From contig NC_086108.1 of the NCBI RefSeq assembly GCF_963921235.1, forward strand, positions 84,508,001 to 84,572,000: a DNA stretch of 64,000 bases, read 5' to 3'. Made by a program: the position numbers and the translations under genes. The stretch is from Mobula hypostoma (lineage: Eukaryota). The notes under the pieces were generated by a model. It ran no database searches and had not been told where the DNA came from. It saw nothing but the letters and a program-made list of their open reading frames with translations. Below, piece after piece: positions 49,547 to 61,449 of this stretch; position 1 is the first letter of the stretch; the number at the start of each line of letters is the position of its first letter.

Positions 49547-50995
49547 AATGTTCATAATGAGAAGTCGGCCATTCAGCCCATCGAGTCTGCTCCGCAATTT
49601 TATCATGAGCTGGTCCATTCTCCCATTTAGTCCCACTCCCCCGCCTTCTCACCATAACTTTTGATGCCCTGGCTACTCAGATACCTATCAATCTCTGCCT
49701 TAAATACACTCAATGACTTGACCTCCACTGCCGCCCGTGGCAACAAATTTCATAGATTCACCACCCTCTGGCTAAAAAAATTTCTTCGCATTCCTGTTCT
49801 GAATGGGCGCCCTTCAATCCTTAGGTCATGCCCTCTCATACTAGACTCCCCCATCACGGGAAACAACTTTGCCACATCCACTCTGTCCATGCCTTTCAAC
49901 ATCCGAAATGTTTCTATGAGGTCTCCCCTCATTCTTCTAAACTCCAAGGAATACAGTCCAAGAGTGGACAAACGTTCCTCATATGTTAACCCTCTCATTC
50001 CCAGAATCATTCTAGTGAATCTTCTCTGTACCCTCTCCAACGTCAGCACATCCTTTCTTAAATAAGGAGACCAAAACTGCCCACAGTACTCCAAGTGAGG
50101 TCTCACCAGCACCTTATAGAGCCTCAACATCATATCCCTGGTCCTATACTCTATTCCTCTAGAAATGAATGCCAACATTGCATTTGCCTTCTTCACCACT
50201 GACTCAACCTGGAGGCTAACCTTAAGGGTACCCTGTACAAGGACTCCCAAGTCCCGTTGCATCTCAGAACTTTGAATTCTCTCCCCATTTAAATAATAGT
50301 CTGCCCTTCTGACAAGCCTTTTCTATTTCCTGTTGTAGTTTGTAGTCCACATCACTGCAGCTGTTTGGAGGCCTATAAATAACTACCATCAGTGTCCTTT
50401 TACCCCTGCGATTTCATAGCTCAACCCATAAAGATTCTGCACCTTCCGATCCTATATCACCTCTTTCTAATGATTTAATATCATTTCTTACCAATAAAGC
50501 CACACCTCCCCCTCTGCCTACCTTCCTATCCTTCCGATACACCGTGTATCCTTGGATGTTCAGCTCCCAGAGACATGCATCCTTTAGCCACGTCTCAGTG
50601 ATGGCCACGATATCATACCTGCCAATCTGTAGCTGTATGAAAAGATCATCCACCTTATTCCTTATGCTGCGTGCATTTAAGTATAATACCTTAAGACCAA
50701 TATTTGGTACTTTTCGCTTTGACTTCACTGCAACTTTATTGCACTGCAGCTCATCCCAATGGCTACAAATTTGCCCCATCACCTGCCTGTCTTTCCTGAC
50801 ATCTTTACTGCTCACTATCTTAGATTTATTTCTGTTTTCTCCTTCCTCCGCTCTATCATTCCGGTTCCCATCCCCCTGCCAAATAAGTTTAAACCCTCCC
50901 TAACAGCTCTATTAAACTTTCCCGCCAGGATATTGGTCCCCTTCGGTTCAGGTGTAACCTGTCATTTTTGAACAGGTCATACTTCCCCCAGAAGA
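49547..50995 (-). mobile_element. CR1 LINE with a large internal deletion (endonuclease N-terminus joined to the ORF2 C-terminus)
   Basis: ORF 50414..50815 has YLNARSIRNK...YDIVAITETWL...GGGVALLV. ORF 49750..50262 has VRPHLEYC...LEFRRMRGDLIETF. Confidence 0.93.
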
Positions 50996-51829
50996 TCAGG
51001 CAGCAGCAATGGAGTGGAATAAACAGTTTACATTTCGGGCTGAGAACAACTGCAATGGATTTCCAGCATCAGCAGAATCTCTTGTGTTTATCTCATTTTA
51101 AGCCTTCATTCAATCTCAAATAATTATTAAGTCCTTCAGCAATTAATTTAGTAATTTGTGCCAATTTACTTCAATTTGCACAAACAGAATTGGCAGCTAA
51201 ATGTTTCTGTTGCTTCTTTGAACATCAGCAACAGTAATGTCAGTGATGGATATTGAGTTTGTGTTCATGCCTCCGATTAGACAGAACTAGAGCCAATCCA
51301 GTTTTATAGCTGGAGAACACAGACTGTTCATGCTGTACCAAATTGGTGCCTTCCCTGTGAGAATGACACTCAATGTGGGGCACGCAGCTTCCTCTCCTCA
51401 CTGATATCCTCACTGCCTCAGTAAAGCAGTCAGTATAATCAGAAACCCTACCCACCCCAGACTTTCTCAAATTATTCAAAGTACATATACTGTATACCCT
51501 AAGATTTGTCCTCCTGCAGGCAACCAAGAAATGAAGAATCACCATGGTAACTGTCAAAGAAAACATTAAATAATTCTTCCTTCCATCGTTGGGCTTTAGA
51601 TACAAAACCCTGAAAGTATGCAAAACAAGCTTTTCACTGTACCTTGGTACATTTTACAATAATAAACCAATTCCAAAAATAGTACACAAGCCATTATAAA
51701 TTTCCTGGTGAGTCATAGAGCTGAGTTTGATGTAAAAGACATGCTGAAACCTATGACATGAAGTCCAGGACCCATTTCTGTTAAGCTACATCTAGGTTGT
51801 GTTTTGAGAAACTTGGAAACCTTGTGGAC

Positions 51830-52570
51830 ACTTGAAGGTAGATTTGAGGTACAAAGGGAATTGGGAGTCCTTATGCAAGATGCCGAAAAGCAGGGATTCC
51901 CAAGCTGGGGTCCACAGACCCCTTAGTTAATAGTAGGGGTCCATGGCATAAAAAAAGTTGGGAACCTCTGCTCTAAAGGTTGAATTACACGGTTGAGTCA
52001 GTGGTAAGGAAGGCAAATGCAATGTTGGCATTCATTTTGATAGGACTAGAATATAAGAGCAAAAATGTAATGGTGCAGCTTCATGAGACTGCACTCTGAG
52101 TACTGAAAACAGTTTTGGGCCCCTTATCTAAGAAAAGATGAACTGGCGTTAAAGAGGTGCTGGAGGAGATTCATGAGAATGATCCCAGGAATGAAAAGGT
52201 TAACATACTGTGTGAGGAGCATTTGATGGCTCTGAGCCTGTACTCACTGAAGTTTAGACAAATGAGGGGGGATCACATTGAAACCTATTGAACACTGAAA
52301 GACCTAGATAAACGTATATGTGGAAAAGATGTTTCCTATAGTGGAGGAGTCTAGGACCAGAGGGCACAGCTTCAGAATAGAGGGGCATCCATTTAGAACA
52401 GAGATGAGAAGAAATTTTTTTTAGCCAGAGGGTGCTGAATCTGTGGAATTCATTGCCGCAGATGGCTGTGGAGGCCAAGTTATTCAGTATATTTAAAGCA
52501 GAGGTTGATAGGTTCATTAGTCAGAGGGTCAAAAGTTATGGGGCTAGGCAGGGGAATGGGAATGAGAGGG
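51830..52570 (+). mobile_element. CR1 3' fragment
   Basis: VVRKANAMLAFI, SLYSLKFRQMRGDHIETY and FFSQRV remnants. Confidence 0.85.
51891..51970. mobile_element. 80-bp hAT-type MITE inserted in the CR1
   Basis: TIRs are cagggattcccaag / gttgggaacctctg, with imperfect 8-bp flanks ccgaaaag / ctctaaag. Confidence 0.7.
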
Positions 52571-52677
52571 AAAGCTTAATTCTGGTCTGATGAACCCACT
52601 GGTCTTCCAGCACACTCTGTGTGGGCATTCTGAAAACTCAGATTTTCCAGAACTACAGACTTCCTGACAGGACTCAC

Positions 52678-53280
52678 AAACACAAGAAAATCTGCAGATG
52701 TTGGAAATTCAAGCAACACACACACCCACAAGGAACTCAGCAGGCCAGGCAGCATCTATGGAAACAAGTACAGTCGATGTTTCAGGCCATGATCCTTCTT
52801 TGGGACTGGAGAAAAAAGATGAGAAGACAGTGTAAGAATGTGAGGGGAGAATGTGATAGGTGAAACTGGGACAGAGAGGGGGAGGAGTGAAGAAAGAGCT
52901 GGGAAGTCGATGGTGGAAGAGATACGGGGCTGGAGGAGGAGGAAGAATCAGATAGGGGAGGACAGAAGGCCATGGAAGAAAGAGAAGGGGGAGGTGATGG
53001 ACAGGTACAGAGACAAGGTGAGGGGGGGAAACAGGAATGGGGAATTGGGAATGGTGAGGGGGGGGGCATTACCAGAAGTTTGAGAAATCGATGTTCATGC
53101 CATCAGGTTGGTGGCCACCCAGATAGAATATAAAGTGCTGCTCCTCCAACCTGAGTGTGGCCTCATTGTAGCAGTAGAATCGGCCATAGACTGACATGTC
53201 AGACTAGGAATGAGAAGCAAAATTGAAATGGGTGGCCACTGGCAGATCCCACTTTTTCTGTCAGGCGGAGCGTAGGTGCT
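52678..53280 (-). mobile_element. PLE 3' fragment with a decayed hammerhead
   Basis: Homologous to 10900-11470 and 49107-49543. Confidence 0.88.
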
Positions 53281-54689
53281 AAGAGTTGCAGGGGGATGGG
53301 AACCAGAGCGCCAGAACAGATAGTGGAGAGGTTGTGAAGACAGGTGTTGGTAAGTCCTCATACAAAAGGTTGAGCATGGTGTGACTAGCATCCTGAGCTG
53401 CGTATATTTCAATGCAAGAAGTATCGTAGGAAAGGCAATGAGTTCAGGGCATGGATCAACACCTGGAATTATGACCTTGTGGCCATTAACGAAACTCGTT
53501 TCCAGGAGGGTGCACTGAATGCATTGCCGGGGTGATGGCAGAAGCAGAAACATTAGGGACATTTATGAGATTCTAAGATAACCACATGGATGAAAAAAAA
53601 TGGGAGGGTCATGTGGAAGGAAGCATTCGATTGATCTTGGAGTAGGTTAAAAGTTGACCACAACATCGTGGGCTGAGGGGTGTGTACTGGGCTGCACTGT
53701 TCTTTAACTTCATTTTCCAGGACCAACCAGTCCAGTAATGCTTTTGCCCTCACTGGCAGGAAATATTGATCATGGAAGTAACTCAAATAAACTTCATTGA
53801 TTGATCTTTTCCTTTGCCCTTAATATGATTATTGTTATTTTTGAAATGAGGTAAATTTAAAAAAAACTCTGCAGTCTTCAAATTATGTCATCTTTCCATT
53901 GGAACAGATTTCATCTGGGGATCTTCACTAATCTGGTCACTTCCTTAATTCTAGTGCAGCAACGTCCGCCTTTATAACACTTTCAATTGTTCTTTGCGTT
54001 TCTTTCCTCCCATAAATCTTTTCCCAGTACAGTCATTTAAGCTCCCCCATAGTTAAGCAGAGTCAATATGACTTTAGGGAAAAGGAACCCGTGTTTGATA
54101 AAGTCGCTAAATTTTGCTAGGTCCTAAAAAATTCATGCATCAAAAACTCCTATGTACTTCAATTTGTTCTTCTAAACTACAATAGAAATTAAATAACTTT
54201 AGCACTACCCATATGGAAAAGGAAGTCATGTGTGACACTTGCATCTAAGGAAAAACACTAGTTACACAAAGCTGGAGAATTTTTCTTGTTGGGACAAATG
54301 ATCAGAACAACACAAGAAATAAGGTCTCTTTGCCATTTAATAAATTTACAACTGATCTTTTACCATGCATTATTTTCTCCACTAACCCTGGATCGCTTTA
54401 TCCCTTTAGTATTTAAAAATCTAACTCTCTCAATGACTGTACAACCACAGCCTTTTGGAAACAAAACTTTAAAAGGTAAAAGCCCTGTGTATAATCCCAA
54501 AAGAATTTTGTATATCTCGATGACATTTCCTATCATTCTTTCAAAGTCACAGGAAACTGAAGATGATACCACCAAACAACGTGACCAAAGGTGACATCCT
54601 TCAGACAGTTCACAAAGCTACTTCTTTTACTACTTCATCTTCCTTCAAATATGATTCTGCTACTACTGGAACCTGTGATCTACATTTTT

Positions 54690-55335
54690 ATGGTATGCTT
54701 TTGGGCCGATTGAGCTTCGCTGTCTCTGAAGGAGTTTGGTGAGGTTTCGGGCAGAGTGCGTGCCCTGGAGGCCAAGAAGCCTAGAGGCCAAGTGCAAGCT
54801 GATGATCGACTCCATTTCTTGCTGATCTCACTGATTAAAGCATCACGCAAGGTTGAAATCAACAAGGGCGAGTGGGTGTTCAGTGCCGTCTGCAAGCGTT
54901 TGACCTGTCTCCCTCGATGCTGTTGGAGGATGGTCATGGGCAAGGTTTAATTGATGCAGTCTATGGACTGAACTCTGTAGTTCATGTTAAGAATGTGTTT
55001 CTGCTTTGTGGTTACTCCTTTTTTTTAAATTACTATTTTGTGCAATCTTGATTGGGGCGGACTGGCTCAGCAGCCTGCAGTCTACGAATGACACAGTGCT
55101 AAATTGAACTGAACTGAGTGAAACTGAACATTCCGAGACTGTTTTAATAACTGTGGTTTGATGTTTTATATTCTGTGTTTTTCACTAGTTTTTTGCTGCT
55201 TGCATGATTTGTTCTTTTTTTTTGCTCATTCTGTCTTAGCTGTTTTCTTCATACAGGTTCCACGGTGTTTCTTTGTTTCGTAGCTATTTGCAGGAAGACA
55301 AATCTCAGGCTGTATGCTGCATGCATACTTAGATA
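54690..55335 (+). repeat. Non-coding repeat with a Rex1-type 3' tail (family Y)
   Basis: GC-rich head, T-rich body and a gataataaatgtacttcaa tail. Weakly similar to 59950-60482 (ctgattaaagc...ggcgag). Confidence 0.5.
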
Positions 55336-55679
55336 ATAAATGTACTTCAAATTTTTGAGTTCAGTTTGTTTGATCTTTCCTGATTTGACAAAACAGTCCT
55401 TCTCAGAATTGTTTAGTGCACTTCCACAATCACAGATAGATCTTATTTAGGTAAGGAGGCTGGCAGAGTATCCAAGTGCTGCTCATGACAGCCCTATATA
55501 ATTGGAGAAAAGTTATCTCTACTTACACACTAAATCTTCATGCAATAATTTTCAGGGACATTCAGTTCCCTCTGAAAACCACTCTTAAATCCCACTCCAT
55601 TTAAAAGTGTTCTAATTTACTATTGGGTGTTCCATCAAAGAAGGCGAAGTCACATTTTTTCCCCATACGATATACTGTC

Positions 55680-57205
55680 AGAATCAGATTTAATATCATT
55701 GGGCTACATCGTGAGATTTGTTAACTTTACAGCAACAGTACAATGAAATACATGATAAATAAATACACAGAAAAAACTGAATTACATTAAGTATATCTAT
55801 GTCTATTAAATAATAAAAACCAGTAGTACAAAACAAAACAAATAAAAAAGTTGCAAATTAGTCCTGACGAAGGGTCTGGGCCTGAAACGTCAACTGTACC
55901 TCTTCCTAGAGATGCTGCCTGGCCTGCTGCGTTCACCAGCAACTTTGATGTGTGTTGCTTGAATTTCCAGCATCTGCAGAATTCCTGTTGTTTGCAAATT
56001 AGAGTTCATGGGTTCAATGTCCATTTTGAAATCAGATGGCAGAGGGGAAGAAGCTGTTCCTGAACCACTGAGTATGTACCTTCAGGCGTCTGTACCTCCT
56101 TTCTGATGGTAACAGTGTGAAGACAGCATGCCCTGGCTGCTGGTGAGCATTAATGATGGACGCCACCTTCCTAAGGCACCGCTCCTTGAAGATGTCTTGG
56201 ATACTATGGAGGCTGGTACCCATGATGGATGTGACTAATTTTACAAGTTTCTACAACTTGTACAGTAGCCCTCACCCCATACCAGACCGTGATGCAGCTA
56301 ATCAGAATGCTCTCCACAGTACACTTGTAGAAGTTTGAGTATTTTAGTTGACAATCCAAATCTCTGAATGAAATATAGCCACCATCTTGCCTTCTTTATA
56401 GCTGCATCAATACGTTGTGTCCAAGTTATTTCCTTAGAGATATTGATACCCTGGAACTTGAAATTGCTCACTCTCTCCACTTCTGATCCCTCTATGATTA
56501 TTGGTTTTTTGTTCCCTCGTCCTACCCTTCCTGAAGTCCACAATCAGCTGTTGGTCTTGCTGACACTGAGTATAAGGTTGTTGCCGTGACACCACTCACG
56601 AACTGATTTATCTCACTCCTGTATGCCCTTTCATCACCATCTAAAATTCTGCCAACAATGGTTGTCCAATCACCAAACTTATAGATGGCATTTGAGCTAT
56701 GCCTAGTCACCCAGTCATGGATGTAGGGAGTCAAGCAGTGGGCCAAGCACAGATCCCTGTGGTGGGTCAGTGTTGATTGTCAGTGAGGTGGAAACGTTAT
56801 TTCCAATCCATGCAAATTGTGGTTTTCTAGTGAGGAAGTCAAGGATCCAGTTGCAGAGGGAGGCACAGAGGCTTAGGTTCTGTAGCTTTTCGATCAGCAC
56901 TGTAGGAACGATAGTGATAAATGCTGAGCTATAGTCAATAAACAGCATCCTAACATAGATATCTGTATTGTCCAGGTGGTCCAAGGCCACATGGAGAGCC
57001 ATTCAGATTGTTGTTGACCTTTTGTGGCGATAGGCAAATAGCAGTGGGTCCAGGTCATTCCCGAAACAGGTGTTGTTTCTATCTATGACCAACCTCTCAA
57101 AGCACTGCATTGCCATAGATATGAGTGCTACTGGCTGATAGTCGTTAAGGTAGCTCACACTGATCTTCTTGGGCACTGGTGTAATTTTTGCCCTTTTGAA
57201 GCAGC
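55680..57205 (-). mobile_element. Rex1/Babar LINE fragment
   Basis: ORF 56715..57002 has LDHLDN...[13 protein letters not shown]...[13 protein letters not shown] 56032..56223 has LLPSERRYRRL...NSFFPSAI. Confidence 0.92.
55859..55896 (+). ncRNA. Minimal hammerhead motif heading a solo ~130-bp insert (55862-55991)
   Basis: Reads UAGUC CUGACGA AGG gucuggg CCU GAAAC GUC AACUG. The insert is flanked by ttgcaaattag at 55851-55861 and 55992-56002. Confidence 0.72.
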
Positions 57206-57619
57206 CACGCCTTTTCCCTTCACTTTACTTCTCATGGCCGCTCGGGTGACTTCTCCATTGCGAACCAGCATAGATTACACCTGGTACCCTATCCAAATAG
57301 TTGATGCAGATTAACCGTTTGGGTCACAGAACTGAAACCCATGGCATTCCACAAGTCATAGCCTCCTGACACAAAATAATCCATATATTCCAACCTGGGT
57401 TTATGTCAGTTTTAATTTTCCTCTTTAGGCAACTATCATAATCTATATTTCCTCTCTTACTTGTGCTTTTGTCCTCTTTTGCTAAATTCTGAAATTTCCC
57501 CAATCTTCAGGCCTTTGGTGCTTTTTTTTGGTGACATGATAATCTTTTCCTTTGATCTAATACTTCTCTTGATAGCCAGGACTGGACCACTTTTTCTTCC
57601 ACTTATTTTGCGAAGGATA

Positions 57620-59470
57620 TATGTCAAATCAAAAATCTAATAGAAGAAAGGAGACGGAAGAAAGCAAATCCTATAGAATACAAGTCCTTAGATAAAAAAG
57701 TTAAAAGCTTATATCAAAAAGCCAAAGAAGATTGGTTAAACCAGGAATGTGAGCAATTAGAAAGAATCCCTATTACTGATCCAAAAAGTTACACCAACAA
57801 ATCAAGAATATCACTGGTAAAAAGCTCCTCTGTTCTTCAGGTGAATGGTTGAAAGCAAAGGATGGTACCATTATCATGGAAAAAGATGAGATTATGAACA
57901 GATGGACTGAGTATGTTCAGGAATTGTTTGAAGACGATCGAGGCAAAAACCCAGAAATTAAGAAAAACACTGAAGGTCCAAGTATTTTAAAATCTGAAGT
58001 TCGTAATGCAATAAATAAGATGAAGAAAGGAAAGGCAGCAGGTCCTGATGAATTAGTAATAGAACCAATTATTGCCCTTGAAGATTATGGAATTGAAAAA
58101 CTTACTGATTTAATCAATGTCATTTATGAGACTGGAATAATACCAGAAGAGATGAAAAAAATCAGTAATTATCGCTCTTCCTAAGAAACCTGGAACAATA
58201 AAATGTGAATTACATAAGTTTAAAGAGTCATATCACTAAGCAACTTCTAAGAATTTTGATGACCTAAAAGTAAGATACAAGCTGAAACAGGTAAAAGACA
58301 ATGTGGTTTTGTGAAAGACAAAAGTACAAGAAATGCAATATTGATGTTAAGGATACTATCAGAACGAGCTATTCAAGTGCAAAAAGATTTGTTTGTTTTA
58401 TCGACTACACAAAAGCATTTGACAAGGTGAAGCACAATAAGCTATTTGACATATTACAGGAAACTTTAGATCTAGATTCGAAAGACCTCCGCCTAATCAG
58501 AAATCTGTACCGGGAACAAACTGCCGCTGTAAGAATAGATGGAGAAGTGAGTCAGTTTACGAAAATCAAGACAGGCGTTAGACAAGGGTGTGTTTTCTCC
58601 CCCGATTTGTTTAATGTGTACAGTGAAACAATATTACAAAAAATAAGAGACATCTTGGGAATCAAAGTTGGCGGTGAAAACATTAATAATTTTAGATATG
58701 CAGATGACACTGTTAATTGCAAGTACAGAGGAAGAACTACAAAACAATTGATATAATTGTTGAAGAAAGTGCAAAAATGGGTCTATCTATCAATTGCAAA
58801 AAGACAGAATGTATGGTGATATTCAAAAAGAAGGAGAATTCTATCTGCAGGTTGAGAATAAACGGGGAAGACATAAAACAAGTACAGAACTTTTGCTACT
58901 TAGGAAGCTGGGTGACATCAGATGGCAGGTGCGACATGGACATCAAAAGAAGAATAGGGATGGCAAAAGACACCTTTACAAGAATGAAGACTATACTGAC
59001 CAATACTAAACTAGGCATGACAACCCGCCTCAGAGTACTGAAATGTTATGTTTATCCAGTTATGTTATATGGCTCAGAACGTTGGACAATATCTAGTAAC
59101 ATGAGGAAATGAAATGAAGCAGCAGAGATGTGGTTTTTGAGGAGGACGCAAAGAATATCATGGATGAAATGAATATCTAATGAGGATGTCATGAACAGAG
59201 TAAGCACAAGAACAGAAATAATGCATGATCTCATGAAAAGACAACACAACTTCATTGGACATGTGATTAGGAAAGAGGTGTTAGAATCACAGTAATTATG
59301 GGAAAGATTGAAGGGAAGAAAGCAAGACGAAGACAAAGACAAATGATGATGAAGACAGCAGCCAGAGAACTGGAAATTAATACCAATGAATTGATCCACT
59401 TGACCCGAAACAGGAGTGTATGGGCCATGGCAGTCAAAGCTCAAACTGGGCATGGCACCTGATGATGATA
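57620..59470 (+). mobile_element. RTE-clade LINE, 5'-truncated and frameshifted
   Basis: Has RWTEYVQELF, GKAAGPDE, CFIDYTKAFDKVKH, GVRQGCVFSPDLFN, NNFRYADDT and YLGSWVTSDGRC...IKRRIGMAK. Tail is (tga)n. Confidence 0.95.
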
Positions 59471-59949
59471 TGGCATTTGTAAACCATGAATTAATTCTTT
59501 AAACTTTAACTCATGTTTATCAGTTGCATCTTTTAATTTAATAACCCAATCTGCCACAGCCAACACTTACCTCATGACTGGGTAGATGTCTCTATTCTGA
59601 ATGAACGACACTATTTTCAGCTGAGATTGCTGTTTCCTAAAGACCCTTCGAAGTCAGTTCTTCAATTACCCCTTTCATACTACACAATCTAACTTCAGTA
59701 CACATATTCTCACAGACTAAAGTACCATTGCAAAAATATTATTAGCCTATAACTGAAAGGATCTGAATACCATTACCTCTGGAATTCTCCAAGGGCCTAT
59801 CTTCATCATCCCTACCATACTCTGCCACTCAGCAATGTCAAAAGGTCAAGATAGCACCTGTGTACAACACTCCAACGGTCAATGTCTTTTATGTCTGTTT
59901 TCCATCTTGAATGTGTTTCTGGAACTGTTGGAGCCTGCAATTTGCAGTT

Positions 59950-60482
59950 TGAAGATCATTTGGGTGATCCAGCACTTTGCTGTCCCCAAGAGGATTCTGG
60001 GAGGCAGCGAGTGCGATCGTCGTGGCGAGGAGGCTATGGGGATGTTCAACTCTATTTTGCTGATTAAAGCTTCCATTGTTCACCAAATAAAGAGCCGAGG
60101 GAGACTGAAACATCGAGGTGAATGCTGAAGGCGAGCACTGGCTGCCTGCCTGCCTTTTAATCGCTCTGCTGCCAGAGAGGAGAGACTGTTGGAGACCAGA
60201 GGATGCTACCAAGGTTTTCTGCATTGTGTATATGGATATGGACTTGACTAGGGACTCTTCTTTTTTTTATATGTTCTGTGTTTTTTGCCCGATCTTACTC
60301 AGGGTTTTTTTTTGTGTGAGGGAAAGGAATTTGGTGGTCAATGTTCAGTTTTTGTTTGTTATTTTGTGTGGAGATCTGGGGGTTGATGATCATGTTGCTG
60401 TTCTTTTTTTTCTGAGTTTCGGGACTATCCGGAGATGAAGAATTTCAGAGTTGTATACTTTGATAATAAATGAACCTTTGAA
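59950..60482 (+). repeat. Non-coding repeat with a Rex1-type tail (family Y)
   Basis: Ends gaatttcagagttgtatactttgataataaatgaacctttgaa, like the Rex1 tails at ~8860 and ~35020. Confidence 0.55.
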
Positions 60483-60559
60483 TCCGATTTGAATTTTTAT
60501 TCATTCTATTTTCAATGAAAGGAAATTATCTGCAAATAAACACTACTAAGTCCAAAGCC

Positions 60560-60855
60560 TCTTCCGGTGATGCCTACACCGAAGAAGTTTAGATCCTCTC
60601 TTCGACGGGAGTTCAGTGAAACCAACTCTCACTGCTCCCCATCTGTAATTTCTTCGGCTCTTCAACTTTCCAACCACATTTTGACTCTCTTATCATTTTG
60701 GATCTCCCCCTCCCCCTCCCACTTTCAAATCTCTTACTAACTCTTCCTTCAGTTAGTCCTGACGAAGGGTCTCGGCCTGAAACGTCGACTGTACCTCTTC
60801 CTACAGATGCTGCCTGGCCTGCTGCACTCACCAGCAACTTTGATGTGTGTTGCTT
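60560..60855 (+). mobile_element. Chimeric insert: ~130 bp of unrelated sequence + PLE terminal repeat, bounded by a 13-bp direct repeat
   Basis: taagtccaaagcc occurs at 60547-60559 and 60856-60868. 60690-60855 matches the PLE terminal repeat. Confidence 0.85.
60754..60791 (+). ncRNA. Minimal type-I hammerhead ribozyme motif, intact core; predicted cleavage after C60786
   Basis: Helix I is UAGUC/GACUG, followed by CUGACGA, helix II AGG/CCU, GAAA, a loopless palindromic helix III (ACGU) and a GUC triplet. Confidence 0.8.
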
Positions 60856-60929
60856 TAAGTCCAAAGCCATCACCTTTTGTCCCTGCCATTAGATCTGTTC
60901 ATTAAACGCTGATTTCACACGGCGATTTG

Positions 60930-61370
60930 AGGCTGTATTAGAGTGCAGTGTCCCATTCAATCCTGAACTCATCTTCCAGCCTCACAACCTCTTCATCATG
61001 AAGACCACCTATTTCTGCTTCTATATATCACCAAATCCATCCTTCTCCTGGTCTGCCTGCTGTTGAAACCGTCATCCTTTCTTCTATTATTCTAAGCAAA
61101 TTTCCCAACATTTCACTGTTGGGACTCTAATCATCCACTCTGAATAAACACACTTATCCGAAGCTTTCCCGCCCACATCCTGATTTATACAATATCACAT
61201 TCACCTTTTTAACATTGTTGCCACTCATTTACATTGGATTCTTGTTTAACATTGCCTCAAGATTAAAGTAATTATATTTGCATTGAAATCCCTTGTAGCT
61301 GCACCTTTCCCTAGTTTCTCTCTATTCCCATAGACTGTAATGCTACAACCCTTGAGATCCATGTTCTTTA
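60930..61370 (+). mobile_element. Ancient L2-like LINE remnant
   Basis: Degenerate gaagaccacctatttc...gctgttgaaaccgtcatcc (KTAYF...AETLIH-like). Confidence 0.4.
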
Positions 61371-61449
61371 AAGTCTAGTTTTTTTGTATCTTATGTTGCC
61401 AGGGCCCTAAATAATAAAAATGTAAGTTGTTATTAACAAAAGTAAATCT

